In this document: positions 13,861-27,185 of the stretch, piece by piece
Numbering within the stretch: position 1 is the first letter of the stretch
How the letters are laid out: each line of letters starts with the position of its first letter
NCBI RefSeq assembly: GCF_001194135.2
Contig: NC_068989.1
Location: forward strand, 17,998,721-18,059,958
Length of the DNA stretch: 61,238 bases
Source of the DNA: Octopus bimaculoides
Taxonomy: Eukaryota
Direction: 5' to 3'
The notes under the pieces: model-generated
Told to the model about the DNA's origin: nothing
The model's database searches: none
The model's input: only the letters and a program-made list of their open reading frames with translations
Translations under genes and position numbers: made by a program

Positions 13861-14026
13861 CACAGCGGTCTTCTTTCAGCTTTCTTCTAGCAAATCCACT
13901 CACAAAGCTTTGGTCGGCCCGAGACTATAGTAGAAGACACTTGCCCAGGGTGCCACGCAGTGGGAATGAACCCTAAACCATGTGGTTGGAAAGGAAGCTT
14001 CTTACCACACAGCCACGTCTGCGCCT
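13590..14026 (-). mobile_element. SINE family B, full length, with internal (TA)n
   Basis: tRNA-like head, CCCTGGGCAAGTGTCTTCTACTATAG block (CORE/Ceph-like start), internal microsatellite and GAAACAAGTAAAAGA-type tail. Confidence 0.9.
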
Positions 14027-14799
14027 GTATAAATAAATATTTTGTATAGCTAATGACTTCTTTGATATTTCGACTGAAGACTGTTTCTGCATTCTATTAA
14101 AACCTCTAGCATATAATTATATCCTGTAAAATTGTTTTGTCCTCATCGTTTCCAGAAAGAAATTTGACTCACTGAATTACGTGGCTTGCTAAGAGGTCCA
14201 CTGCTTTTGTTTTGTTTAAAAAAAAAGTCTTTTCCCTATAGAAATTTACCCGTTTCAATAATCATACTGCTTCCTTAGGGCTTCTGAATCTAAGTATTCT
14301 AGATAATAAAGTAGGCGTTTGAGCGCTTTGGATTTAACTGTTTGGTTTATATAAACTTCAGAAATTAAACTGTTGGTGATATACACAGAAAAGGTTTAAC
14401 ACCATTTCTCCACACGTTTATTGTATTCCCATATGGTTTTAATGTGAAATTAACAACCTTATGCTTCTAAACATATCGCGAGTGCCGTAATTTAATAATA
14501 CAAAACATAAATAATTTCGTATCACAAAGATTTCTTCGTTCTGAAATTAAATTTCCTTGTCTAAATATTTTATATGAAACATCATTATAAACGTGTTTGC
14601 GACCATCCCTGCAGGCAGCTACAGAAATTGACTATTATATTCACTTTCTGAGCTAATAACACTCAATTTCTAATATATCACTAAATATAGAACTGTATAA
14701 CTATAGAATTTGTCATAGAGTGTACTTTTATTTCACAGGGAGATGTATGAACCCAATAGCACATATTAGCGTATATATATATATGTGCGTGTGTGTGTA

Positions 14800-14831
<32 letters not shown>

Positions 14832-14832
14832 A

Positions 14833-14940
14833 AGGCGGCGAGCTAGTAGAAACGCTAGCACGCCGGGCGAAATGCTTAGCGGTATTTCGTCTGCCGTTAC
14901 GTTCTGAGTTCAAAATCCGCCGAGGTCGGCNNNNNNNNNN

Positions 14941-15004
<64 letters not shown>

Positions 15005-15240
15005 ATGTATGTATGTATGTATAAATTTATGTTTGTGTCTGTTTGTCCCCCCACCCCACCATGGCTTGACAACCGATGCTGGTGTGTTTACATCCTCGTA
15101 AGCTAGCGGTTCGGCAAAAGATCCCGAGAGAATAAGTACCAGGCTTACAAAGAATAAGTCCAGGGGTCGATTTTTTCGACTAAAAGGCAGTGCTCCATCA
15201 TGGCCACAGTCAAAATGACTCAAGCAATAGAATAAAAGAA
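14833..15240 (+). mobile_element. family A head (14833-14930) and family B tail (15020-15240) joined across a 10-N gap
   Basis: Motif identity to the two families; the junction is unsequenced. Confidence 0.7.
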
Positions 15241-16407
15241 TTCAATTCTTTAGATAATGCAACAGTCCACATGTGTTATGTCAAGAGAGTCTCTAAAAGC
15301 TATATACTTTGTTAGATACTTGTAACATTTTCTACCATGTGAGTTGTTATTTATTAACGAAATCGAAGACATAAACTGTCCATGATATTGTTCTGCTTTT
15401 CTATGACTACGTTGGTGAAATTTTAGCATATTTTAATATGTTGCATTACATCCTTGTTTTTATATTAGAGAAAAGTTCAACTGGCTAGACTTTAACCCAC
15501 AAGTCCAGAGAACACAGTATAGTAACTAATCCACTGAGCTGAGAATTCCAAAATATTAAACCAACATTACACTTGTAAATATGCTTTTATGATTTAAAAG
15601 TTCGCTTCGTAAATAAATGCTTTTGAATTCGCTCCGCCGTCCTGAGTAGAACATTCATCAAGTTTCTTTTTCTACTCTAGCCTTGAGTTGATGTGTGTAC
15701 TTGAATGAGTATGTGTGAAGAAAAGAAAAGAAATTGAAAATGCACTTGAAATTTTTTTTAATACTTCCTTACATTTCTTTAACCGGCTTAATAATTTTAT
15801 TATTTTCAAATGTAATGTAAGATAGAGAAACCGGGAGTTGTGTCATACTTACCGAGACAAATACGCNNNNNNNNNNNNNNNNNNNNNNNNNNNNNNNNNN
15901 NNNNNNNNNNNNNNNNNNNNNNNNNNNNNNNNNNNNNNNNNNNNNNNNNNNNNNNNNNNNNNNNNNNNNNNNNNNNNNNNNNNNNNNNNNNNNNNNNNNN
16001 NNNNNNNNNNNNNNNNNNNNNNNNNNNNNNNNNNNNNNNNNNNNNNNNNNNNNNNNNNNNNNNNNNNNNNNNNNNNNNNNNNNNNNNNNNNNNNNNNNNN
16101 NNNNNNNNNNNNNNNNNNNNNNNNNNNNNNNNNNNNNNNNNNNNNNNNNNNNNNNNNNNNNNNNNNNNNNNNNNNNNNNNNNNNNNNNNNNNNNNNNNNN
16201 NNNNNNNNNNNNNNNNNNNNNNNNNNNNNNNNNNNNNNNNNNNNNNNNNNNNNNNNNNNNNNNNNNNNNNNNNNNNNNNNNNNNNNNNNNNNNNNNNNNN
16301 NNNNNNNNNNNNNNNNNNNNNNNNNNNNNNNNNNNNNNNNNNNNNNNNNNNNNNNNNNNNNNNNNNNNNNNNNNNNNNNNNNNNNNNNNNNNNNNNNNNN
16401 NNNNNNN

Positions 16408-16439
<32 letters not shown>

Positions 16440-16916
16440 ACTGTTATGTGTGTATATATCTGCGTGAGAATGTGAGTATGTGTTTATCGTATACTCTTCA
16501 AACCACTGATGTCGTTGGCGTACCATACACGCTGATAAAACTGTACGGAACTTTAAAATAATTATTTATCAGTTTTACGAATAATATAAACTAGCAGTAC
16601 CTGTGAAAATTCCAGTTATTTTGAAAGTTGTCTGATGAAATTGTATACTTTTCTGAAGCCTTTGAGTCATGAGATGGAGTAAAAATCAACAGAAACAACA
16701 TCTCTGAAAGCTATATTCTTAAGTCTTCTACTTTGATAATTGTTATCTATTGTTTTTCACTTTACGTCAACAAATAAACAGTCTTATCTACGGAATACAA
16801 TCGAAGACATTATCTGTAATAGTATTCGGCAGCTCCACGCTGATAATGTTTTACACCCTACAAACGCCGCACCAAATCTTCTCATTCTTTCTCTTGTTAG
16901 CTTATGTCGTCTATGG

Positions 16917-17134
16917 TTACTCTTTTACTCTTTTACTTGTTTCAGTTTTTTGACTGTGGCCATGCTAGAGCACCGCCTTTAGTCGAGCAAATCGACCCCA
17001 GGACTTATTCTTTAGAAGCCTAGTACTTATTCTATCGGTATCTTTTGCCGAACCGCTAAGTTACGGGGACATAAACACACCAGCATCGGTTGTCAAGCGA
17101 TGTTGGGGGGACAAACACAGACACACAAACAGAT

Positions 17135-17165
<31 letters not shown>

Positions 17166-17324
17166 CATATATACGACGGGCTTCTTTCAGTTTCCGTCTA
17201 CCAAATCCACTCACAAGGCTTTGGTCGGCCCGAGGCTATAGTAGAAGACACTACGCAGCGGGACTGAACCCGGGACCATGTGGTTGGTAAGCAAGCTACT
17301 TACCACACAGCTACTCCTACGCCT
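16917..17324 (-). mobile_element. SINE family B, near full length
   Basis: Collinear with 13590-14026; short deletion in the CCTTGGGCAAG block. Confidence 0.9.
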
Positions 17325-17739
17325 AACAAAATCTAAATTTCGATTAAGTAGACGATAAACCATTGTACGAAAACACATGCATTAAGTGATAAGCAATATA
17401 AAATTTTAAAAAGTGCAAATAATTACACTTTTGCCGTCCAAGCATCATCGCCACATCCATTAACTAATATCTCTACTGACACCACCACCACTACACTTAT
17501 CAGTAACTACACTCAGTCCAAGACAAGGTACTTTTTGATTATTTTCATTTCATATCTGTCTAACTATTAATATATCTATCTTTATATCTACTGCTATATC
17601 TGCAGTCCTACCTCCCTTTCCATCTATGTATCTTTCTATCCATCTACCTACCTTCCTACCTACCTACCTAGCCACATTTCTTTCTGCTGGTGTATATATT
17701 TGTCGACTCTGACAATACGGATAGGCATTTAAACCAAAT

Positions 17740-17935
17740 AATGCTTTCAATTTTTGACACAAGGCTAGTATTTTCAAGGGAGGCAGTTAATTGATTATAT
17801 CGACCCCACAGATCAACTGGTATTTATTTTATCGACTCCGAAAGGGTGAAAGGCTAAGTCGACCCCGGCGGAATTTGAACTCAGAACGTAAAAACGGACG
17901 AAATGCCGATAGACATTTTGCCCGGCGTGATCTAA
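17740..17935 (-). mobile_element. SINE family A copy
   Basis: Family A motifs in reverse complement. Confidence 0.85.
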
Positions 17936-18252
17936 GCCTAATGAAAAACAAGAAAAACTTAGTAATGGTTGTGATGGCCATAGCCATTGGTCCAAAACAC
18001 GTAAAACATCTACAGCTATCTGGTGGCTAATGTCATTTCACTTTAGCTTAACTATCTATTGATATATCTAGCTGTCTATCTTTTTTACATCTTCTATCCG
18101 TCGATGTCTCTATGTCAATAGATTAAATACGTTAAAAGACAGATATGGAAATGTTTTAACATTAAAACCTGTAACAATAACTAAGCTTACATTTTTATTG
18201 CATGTTACAATATTCTATTATACAAGGTTTAAATCGTAACTGCACACACGTG

Positions 18253-18312
<60 letters not shown>

Positions 18313-18572
18313 TACATACAGTCTTCCACACCATATTGCATTAAACACCTTCTATTTCTCTACCTCTTCCTTCAAGTAATTATTTAACCCCATAATATCA
18401 CAACATTCTTTTCCTCCTACCTCTCACCGCTAACACTCTTCTTTCTTTTTCCCTCTCTCTCTCTCTCTTCAACTAACCACGTTACATCTATAATGAGTAC
18501 TGGAAACAGCTGTATGCCAAATTTGCACCAATAAAGCAATAATATGTCATGACCAATATTTTTAACTTGTTT

Positions 18573-18609
<37 letters not shown>

Positions 18610-18612
<3 letters not shown>

Positions 18613-18744
18613 GGAGTAAGCACATGAAATGTGCAACAAGGTAGAAAAAAGAGTACTCAAATACCAGAGGTAGAGTAATATGCTTTATTTAAAAGCAGCA
18701 GAAATATAACAAAAAACTGTTACTCGGAGTTTCACGTTCCCGTT
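18610..18744 (-). ncRNA. PLE-type tail with the 3' half of a minimal hammerhead, cut by a gap
   Basis: Minus strand ...A-ACG-GGAA-CGT-GAAA-CTCCGAG-TA-ACAG: stem II, GAAA box, near-palindromic stem III and UA site. The CUGANG box would lie in the N gap. Confidence 0.5.
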
Positions 18745-18893
18745 NNNNNNNNNNNNNNNNNNNNNNNNNNNNNNNNNNNNNNNNNNNNNNNNNNNNNNNN
18801 NNNNNNNNNNNNNNNNNNNNNNNNNNNNNNNNNNNNNNNNNNNNNNNNNNNNNNNNNNNNNNNNNNNNNNNNNNNNNNNNNNNNNNNNNNNNN

Positions 18894-18937
<44 letters not shown>

Positions 18938-19094
18938 TACATACATTCTTACATCCGCATACACATACGCACACGCATGCACACATACACACACGCACAT
19001 ATATATATGTATGTATGTGTACATCTATACATACGTATGTGTGTGTGCGCGCATGTGTGTATCACATAATATACACACCTCCACACATGTACAT

Positions 19095-20400
19095 GCTTAC
19101 AAATCCAACTTTCAAATTATCTCATTTGGTACTACAAGCTCTGTGCAAGAAGAAAGATGGATGCCAACTTTTAATGAGACTGATTTACTATTTGGCTGTT
19201 TCTTCTTTTACCTCTACCAAAAGAAGAAACAATGCTTCAGATTCATTATAAGGGTGATATGCTGCATCAGGTACAACAGTGCTGCAGAAAAACTCCAACT
19301 GTCAGAGAAGAAATTGTCTAAGACCTTTAAGAAATGTTCCATTATCATGATTATTACACCAATCATTTTAGCAATACTTTTGATAAACTAATACAAACAT
19401 TCTGCTAAATGATAGTTCATGCTCATAAAACTTCATGAAAACAGCGCTTTAATGCACCTCGAATTTCAGAGATGTTGTTTATATTTCTAGATAAGATTCA
19501 ATTGACAAAATATTATGTATGTTTCGAGAAGTATACATGAATATTCACAGGTTACTGTGTCATGTGCCCTGCTATAGCAGATTTTTTCTTAATTACTTTG
19601 ACCTATAATTCTGCATTGGCCGGAAATCACAGCAGGACTTATGCCTGGTCAAATAGACCAACACAAATATTATCTCTTCGGAAGAGTGTTTTACTAGAAA
19701 GTTATTCCATTTATTAGTCGTATTACAAAAACGTGTTGTTTCTTCAGACTGCACATATTACACGTATTCCATTCAGTGGAAAAGCATTGTTTGCCACACA
19801 TCCACATTTTGCTGGGGCTTACAGATAAAGAGTCGTGCAAGTTAAATAGATTATACCAGATTGATCAATGCAGAGATTTCAAATCCTACCAAATCTAAAA
19901 GAGTGCACAAACTGATGTCGAAGCACGTGCGTCATGTTCCTTGTTGTCACTTGTGTATTTTCCTGCTTTCAGGAAAATACACAAAAGATATCCCAAGTTT
20001 TTCTTCAGGAAACTCAGAGAAATCAGGATGATTATCCTTTATACAAAAAACAAAACCCAGGTTTCGCCACTACATCCAGTGTGCAACACCAAGAAATTGT
20101 TATTGGCATCTAGGAGGTGGTATCATTCAACCCTTTCCTTTTGTGCATCTTCAAAGCTCATGTCAGTGTTGAAACCAGTTATTCAGTCATATCTATCTGT
20201 CAAGTATGTCTAGATATATATCTACAAAAGTAATGGCCAAGTGGTATTTGGACTTCAGCACAAGAGAACCAGATCTGATGTAATCTTTATATCAATAGGA
20301 ATGAAGTTGTGTGGCTAACGAATTCAGAATTCTTCTATTTAATCACATAAATTCAATGGGTGGGTGGTTCAGTTGACCGAACTACAAAATTCTCATCGTT
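19095..20400 (+). mobile_element. Helitron RepHel relic (N-terminal region and Rep/HUH domain)
   Basis: FQIISFG..WMPTF, LPLPKEETMLQIH, RFNAPRISE, HUH motif LPHIHILL (19791-19814), NAEISNP..KH.RHVPC, FLQETQRNQDDYPLY, VVSFNPFLLCIFKAHVSVE. Many stops and deletions. Confidence 0.85.
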
Positions 20401-20743
20401 GAAACATACGTAGGATAACACTATCACGAGCTACCAATTCTTACCAATACTAAAATGATAATTCTTGGCATACGAATAGATTTGGATTGAAATGGATTTT
20501 CTAGCTTCTTTGAAATTAAATGATTTACATACGCATCATCCTATTTCGGCCTCTTCACAGAATTTGTTCAGATGATGTAAGTAGATTTATTAGATTTCAT
20601 AAGAGTTTGTAATACTAGCTAAGCTGGTGTTGACATATTTAAAGCAGAAATCATTTTAAAAATTTACGAGAAATAATTATGTCGTAGATAAAAATGATGC
20701 AAGTCAACGACCGACATTACTTTCATTATTTCAGTAATTAAAG

Positions 20744-20980
20744 CAGAGAGCTGGCAAAATAGTAAGCACGCCGGGCAAAATGTTCAGCGATATTTCGTCT
20801 GTCTTTACGTTCTGAGTTCAATTTCCGCCGAGGTCAGCTTTGCCTTTCATCGTTTTGGGTTCAATAAAATAAGTACCAGTTGATTCTTTTTTTTTTTTTT
20901 CGGGAGTGGGGGTCAATGTAATCGATTTATCCCCTTCCCCGAAATTTGCTGACTTTGTGCCAAAATTTTAAACCATTATT
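20744..20980 (+). mobile_element. SINE family A copy
   Basis: Family A motifs. Confidence 0.85.
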
Positions 20981-22059
20981 TCAGCAAGTAACAGGGACTA
21001 ATTTAAACTATTCTGATCTTATTGTGGCCTCAAGAGTAAAGCATAAGCGTTGACTTGTTCACGTATGTCGAGACATAAAAAGCTGATATTGTTAGTTTTT
21101 ATCCTCACTATAAATATATCTACAGTTGCAGTAGAATTATGTCAGTGACCAGGTTGCAGTAATACTATGAAATATTTGATACTTCATGAAATAAATTTAA
21201 AGAGAATTTAACAGATCTATGGCGAGAATAGCTGTTTTACGAAGTAACTGTTTCAGTTTAAACACATGGCTTCAGAGCAACTAACATACTAGATAAGCAC
21301 AGATCCTAAACATATCGAATTATCATTATAAAGCATCTTTATGAAAGGTTAACACTCACTTTACAATTATTTTTCGTGTAGATAGTGTCTCAGGATTGGT
21401 ATCGAAACACTTCTGTGATGATAGCTAACAAGTTCTAATAAAGAAAACCGTACTGGTGACAATAATTGAATATATTCGTCCAATATATTTATTCCTCCGT
21501 CCGAGTCTACCAACAACTTTAAACTTTGGTTTGATCTATCTTCTCTTCTGAACCTTTCGTGCTAGTTCAAAGTTATACGCCATTTAAATGTTTAATCTCA
21601 GTTAATGCCACCCTCGCTGTCAACTTCATGTCGATCGAGTATTTTTCATAATAACGACCTTTCCCTAGAAAAAAAGTTGTTACATTGAATCACCTACTCT
21701 TGTCAATTCAATAGTATTGAGCCATATTTCCTCACCTATGCTGCTTAATCTGAGATTAAAGCTTGCAATCACGTTTCTGGTTGTTGTTGTTTTTTTGTTG
21801 TTGTTTTTTTCATGCTAATGCTCGTTGTATTTAGTAAAACATCTACAAGAGTTTTATCATGGATTTGCATTTTATGTATTATGTGCGTGTATATTAGCTG
21901 TATATTCTTTAATTACGTACCCTGATGTATCAGTTATGTATTTTATATTATTACATATAATTATGGATTAATCTATATATTCTATATATTTCATTTAGTT
22001 ATTTGTAGATATCAATTGTTATTTCTAATATAATATACATACGTCCGTATGTACATGCA

Positions 22060-22113
22060 GATGGATGGATGGATGGATGGATGGATGGATGGACAAACAG
22101 ATAGATAGACAGT

Positions 22114-22162
<49 letters not shown>

Positions 22163-22183
22163 GCGCGTGTGTGTGTGTGTGTG

Positions 22184-22225
<42 letters not shown>
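22060..22225. repeat. compound (GGAT)n(AGAT)n(GT)n microsatellite
   Basis: Direct reading. Confidence 0.95.
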
Positions 22226-22228
<3 letters not shown>

Positions 22229-23139
22229 ACTGCAGCACCGAAACTAACACCAGCACCCACCAATCACCATTGCCGTTGTATCTTTTACATCACTAAATCT
22301 CAACTTATCACCTTCATCAATTTCAAAAATAACAATCTATACTTATATTACTACCATTTTCACTACTATCAATATCACCATTACTACCACTGTTGTATTC
22401 TTTACTCCGAAAATATCCCCACACACAGACATACACCTACACTGTGTCCTTGGGCCAGTACCGTCAACACCAGTATCACTAGCAATTCTGTATTCTTGAA
22501 TAAACACAATTACTACATCTACCACGAATATATGCTTTTCCACTACCAATAAAACAACTCCTTTACTAGAATTTCCATTGCATTATCATAACTATCAAAC
22601 CAAACCGTTGACATACACATATACAAACAAACGTTTATGTAGATTATTTAAAGATTTTCAAAATTACAGTATCGCTTTTGTCGCTTTGATTCCAGCAAAC
22701 ATTTTGTAAATGCCATTTGCGTCACGTATTCCTCTATGCCTTCTTTGTCCTGAATTTAAAGCGTTAATATTTTATTTCCTACCGAACAAATTACACAGAG
22801 CGATGTTTGTTGTGAAAAGATTAAATGATTTTTATTATCGATATGTTTTATATTCATATTTTAAAAACGCATAGAGTTAAAGGGAAGTAACTATAATTGT
22901 TGTGTGGGGGAAAGACATTAAGGCATCAGCAGTTGTCTCCCATACAATTATTCGCTTTTTAACTAAAACTTCAACTATGAAGGATTTGCAGTGTGGAAGA
23001 CTCAAAAATATAAAAACTGTTAACTTCACTTAATTGTTTATTATTTGGTGTTAAAATTTTCGTCGCACTCTCAGTGACCTGGTCGCTAACACAGTTCCAT
23101 TGTAACTGGTCCGAGACAAGACTATTGGCAAGTATATAT

Positions 23140-23625
23140 GTCTTAGAGGTCAGTTGGAAGGCCTCTTTTTGCCCTTCAAAGACGAACTAAAAGACAACCT
23201 GAAGCGATGCAACATTCCCTTTCCTTTCTGGGAAAACAAAGCATCAGAACGTAGAACCTGGTGCTAGTCTTGTTCCTCCTCAGATCAAACATTTGAGCAA
23301 AGTCGGCTCCAGCATCGGGATCGACTTTGTGCAAGCGTGAAACCACGCTGGCAAAACGCTGCTCCTCTAAATGGAACCCTTACTTGTCATTGTCGTTTTG
23401 TGGCACGAAGCAGAGAATGCCTAGCCGTCCACTCGAGAAAATACATGATAAATTATTCAGAAGCACTCAAGTAAACTGAGTCCTCAACTTGTAACATTTG
23501 CCAAAAAGTTTGCAAGGCACCAACAAGCCTCAAGAGACACTTTCGTGTCCATAGAACATGATTAACGCTTTATTTTACTGAACCCTCATTTGTCATTCAC
23601 AAGTTCACAAGAGAATCCATCATAG
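23140..23625 (+). mobile_element. 3' end of an RTE-clade LINE with C-terminal C2H2-like fingers
   Basis: (GRP)..FKDELKDNLKRCNIP...WENKASERRTW, then CHCRFVARSRECLAVHSR and CNICQKVCKAPTSLKRHFRVH*, followed by a short 3' UTR. Confidence 0.75.
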
Positions 23626-23685
23626 ACACACGCGCACGCGCACATATATATATATACATATACATATATATATATATATATATAT

Positions 23686-24691
23686 ATCACCTGTCCAAAC
23701 TGTAAAGAAAATTACATTGGCGAAACGAATAACTCACTCTGCCAACGTGAAAGAATTCACAGGCAACATATCCGACAAGAAGAACTAAGAATGATTCCAT
23801 TGAGTAAACATCTGGAAATATGCGGAGACGGAAAGTTCAAAATCTTTCCTTTTTATAAATGTACATGGGACGATCCACAATACCGAAAGGCAATGGAACT
23901 ATACTCTTCATAAAAAAATTTTCCCCGTAGTTAAATGTTTGAAAGAGAAAAAAAAAACAAGGAATACGTTTTGTATGTATATATATGTATATATGTGCGA
24001 TATGATATATATAGTTATTTTTACTAATTGATTTTACTAATTTGATTTTTCAAATTTACAAATATTATACTAATATACTCTCATGCAGAACTACACCTTA
24101 CCATAAATAAATGAATGTATGAGAGGAATATATTCTAAATAGGACTCAAAGTATATAAAAAGAAAGGACTCAAGGCATATAAAAAGAAAGAACTAAACAC
24201 AAAGAAAAAACAGGAAGGCATTTTTTCTTTTATTTATATTTTCTATTTATTATTCTCTATTTTTTCTTCTCTCTTCTTTCTTTTTTCTTTTCTTCCTTCT
24301 TTTACCATCCCTAGAAACCCTCTCAAAACAATAGAGTAAATAGTAAACAAGCTTTTACCCTTATTTTTTTTTTCTTGACACTCCTTAAAAAGACCATTTC
24401 AATACAATTGGCCCTTCTCTCTCTCTTTTACCACATCCATCTCTCTATCTGTCTGACTATCAGTCTATCTATTTATCTTTCTATCTGCCTGTTTATCTAT
24501 CTATCTGCTTATACATCTTACATTGCCTCACCCCCAAAAAACACCCGTTTTATATAAATAAGCAAGATCTCTGTATTTTCACAGAATTATATTTGACAAG
24601 TTCGAAAGACGAACGAAAGCGCTAATATATGTATAAAATATATGTATAAAATAAGTTATTCCAAAATTCTGACGACTTTTTTTTTCAATAT
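23686..24691 (+). mobile_element. 5'-truncated Penelope-like element: GIY-YIG C-terminus plus 3' region
   Basis: ITCPNCKENYIGETNNSLCQRERIHRQHI...LSKHLEICG..FKIFPFY...RKAME (23686-23942, one late frameshift). HHR motif about 650 bp downstream. Confidence 0.85.
24588..24629 (+). ncRNA. minimal type I hammerhead ribozyme with a U3-A8 covariant core
   Basis: TATAT-[TTGACAA]-GTTCG AAAGA CGAAC-[GAA]-AGCGCT-A-ATATA: 5-bp stem I, perfect 5-bp stem II, palindromic stem III and CUA cleavage triplet. Confidence 0.7.
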
Positions 24692-25872
24692 NNNNNNNNN
24701 NNNNNNNNNNNNNNNNNNNNNNNNNNNNNNNNNNNNNNNNNNNNNNNNNNNNNNNNNNNNNNNNNNNNNNNNNNNNNNNNNNNNNNNNNNNNNNNNNNNN
24801 NNNNNNNNNNNNNNNNNNNNNNNNNNNNNNNNNNNNNNNNNNNNNNNNNNNNNNNNNNNNNNNNNNNNNNNNNNNNNNNNNNNNNNNNNNNNNNNNNNNN
24901 NNNNNNNNNNNNNNNNNNNNNNNNNNNNNNNNNNNNNNNNNNNNNNNNNNNNNNNNNNNNNNNNNNNNNNNNNNNNNNNNNNNNNNNNNNNNNNNNNNNN
25001 NNNNNNNNNNNNNNNNNNNNNNNNNNNNNNNNNNNNNNNNNNNNNNNNNNNNNNNNNNNNNNNNNNNNNNNNNNNNNNNNNNNNNNNNNNNNNNNNNNNN
25101 NNNNNNNNNNNNNNNNNNNNNNNNNNNACACACACACACACATATATATATATACATGTACTCTCATCTATATTGGGAAGCTGAGTGTTGACGACCAGAA
25201 TGACAGAATGACAGAATGACTGGCTTATATAGATGTGGTGTCACGCTTTTCTCAGGGACTTTAGCAACGTAATTGGAATGAAGGAGCTTATAGCTAACAA
25301 CTGAAACCATTTTGCAGACACTAAATGTGAAGTATTTCATCTGTCTGTGTACCTTTTCTAACTTGTTAGTTAATTAATTAGAGACTAGTTCTTAGTTATG
25401 GAACAAACCAAGCGCTATTTCTAGCCAAGCAAACGTGCAAACAACTATCATAGGGTAACTGCTAGCCCCACACACAGACGCCTCTTTCAAGGAACTTTGA
25501 TAAGACATAGAGGCTCTGAACTACCTGAGAACTAACAGAAAATTTAATGATATAATCTAATGCATTTTCAAAGATCAGCGGATTCGAAACTGTAATAAGT
25601 AGGTAATTTGAAAATGCATAGAGATTGTGTTTATTTATAAACTATTTCAAATTAAAAATGAATGCTTGTTTTTTTTTTTCTTTTAAATAAAGAGATAATA
25701 AAATAATTTTTACACAGTCTAATGTATTCGTATATTTTACTTTTGTTCCATTGTTGCTTCAGATCACCACCAAATCACAAATTGTTATATCGATGGTTTA
25801 ACAAAGTTTTTAAAATATGATTTACGAGTTCTCAGACCCATAATGAAAAGCTCAAACTTACTTCAATGATTC

Positions 25873-25909
25873 TGCTGCTGCTGCTGCTGTTGCTGCTGCT
25901 ACTGCTGCT

Positions 25910-25972
<63 letters not shown>
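25873..25972. repeat. (GCT)n(GAT)n trinucleotide array
   Basis: Direct reading. Confidence 0.95.
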
Positions 25973-25973
<1 letters not shown>

Positions 25974-26505
25974 TGTCATTACTTTGATAAATTTGGAACG
26001 AGAAATTACGACTACTACACCACAGGGTAGGAGAAATGATAAAGGGGAAGATCAAAGTTGTAGAAAACAATTTGACTAAGAAGAGGTTTCTCACAAATCT
26101 GCGACTTCGGGTACCCAACTTGCAATAACGGTTTCTTTTTTCAAATTATATCTTGCTTTTAATATTGTTTCAATTTTCAATTACTCATATATCTATTTTT
26201 TAATTATTATTATTATTATTTATATCGAATTTTTAATATTATTTCGTTGTAAAACGTCCACATCGAACCTCTCATCGTTATATAACTATATTTCCATCGG
26301 TGTATTTTATGCTTATCTTCAGGTGCTAAAATCTTTCATACACACATAGCATTGGCTACAATTGTACCGCTCTAATTATTACTGTATCTGCTGAATTCCC
26401 AGTGCTCTTATCAACTCCATAGAAATTCCTTTTCTGGATATAAACATATTGATAATGAAAAACTATATTTGTTCCTTCTCTGCACCCGCATTCAGCTTTC
26501 TACAC

Positions 26506-26592
<87 letters not shown>

Positions 26593-26844
26593 TCGTTGCA
26601 TATCTCTTCGCGGCGTACACTTGATTTCAACAGAAAGATTTCTCCATCACAGTCTTCTCCCTTGCATCTTGTTAACAAATTTGCCTATTAAAATAATCAA
26701 ATTTGCTTTAACGTGTTGAATGTGATTGTGGTTAGAATTGTACCTAATCAACACAATAGTGTTTGAATGACTAACTAAAGTACTAGTTGAGGGTGAGCTG
26801 TCGCAGATCGGAATGGTTTCTGTCACTTATTCCTTTCACAGTGA

Positions 26845-27185
26845 ATACACGAGACGTTGTCTTCACATCACACATTGTCTATTCACATCACATCAATTTT
26901 AATACACTTGTTTCCCTTAGACACTTTGGTTGACATATCCCACTTTCAACTTCCGCACGCACGCACACACTTACACACACACACACACACACATACACAC
27001 ACTCACAAACACACGCACACACATACACGCACACACATACTTAATACACGAGACGTTTTCTTCACATTGTCTATTCACATCACATATCAATTTTAATACA
27101 GTTGTCTCCCTTAGACACGCTGGTTGATATGTCCAGTCACGCTTTCACCCTCCACTTACATACACGCGCGCCCGCACACACACTT
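26845..27185. repeat. diverged tandem duplication, period about 198 bp, with CA-rich ends
   Basis: AATACACGAGACGTT..CACATTGTCTATTCACATCACA..ATTTTAATACA..TTGT.TCCCTTAGACAC occurs at about 26845 and 27043. Confidence 0.85.

Noticed and set aside
14833-15240. Novel chimeric SINE (family A head plus family B tail)
   Set aside because: The junction is a 10-N scaffold gap followed by (TA)n; it could be two elements or a mis-join.
25160-25470. Non-autonomous Helitron (TC start, CTAG end)
   Set aside because: The 3' hairpin is not recognisable and the termini are too degenerate.
25858-26118. Poly-Ser/poly-Ala ORF
   Set aside because: Translation of the (GAT)n/(GCT)n microsatellite; no splice or homology support.
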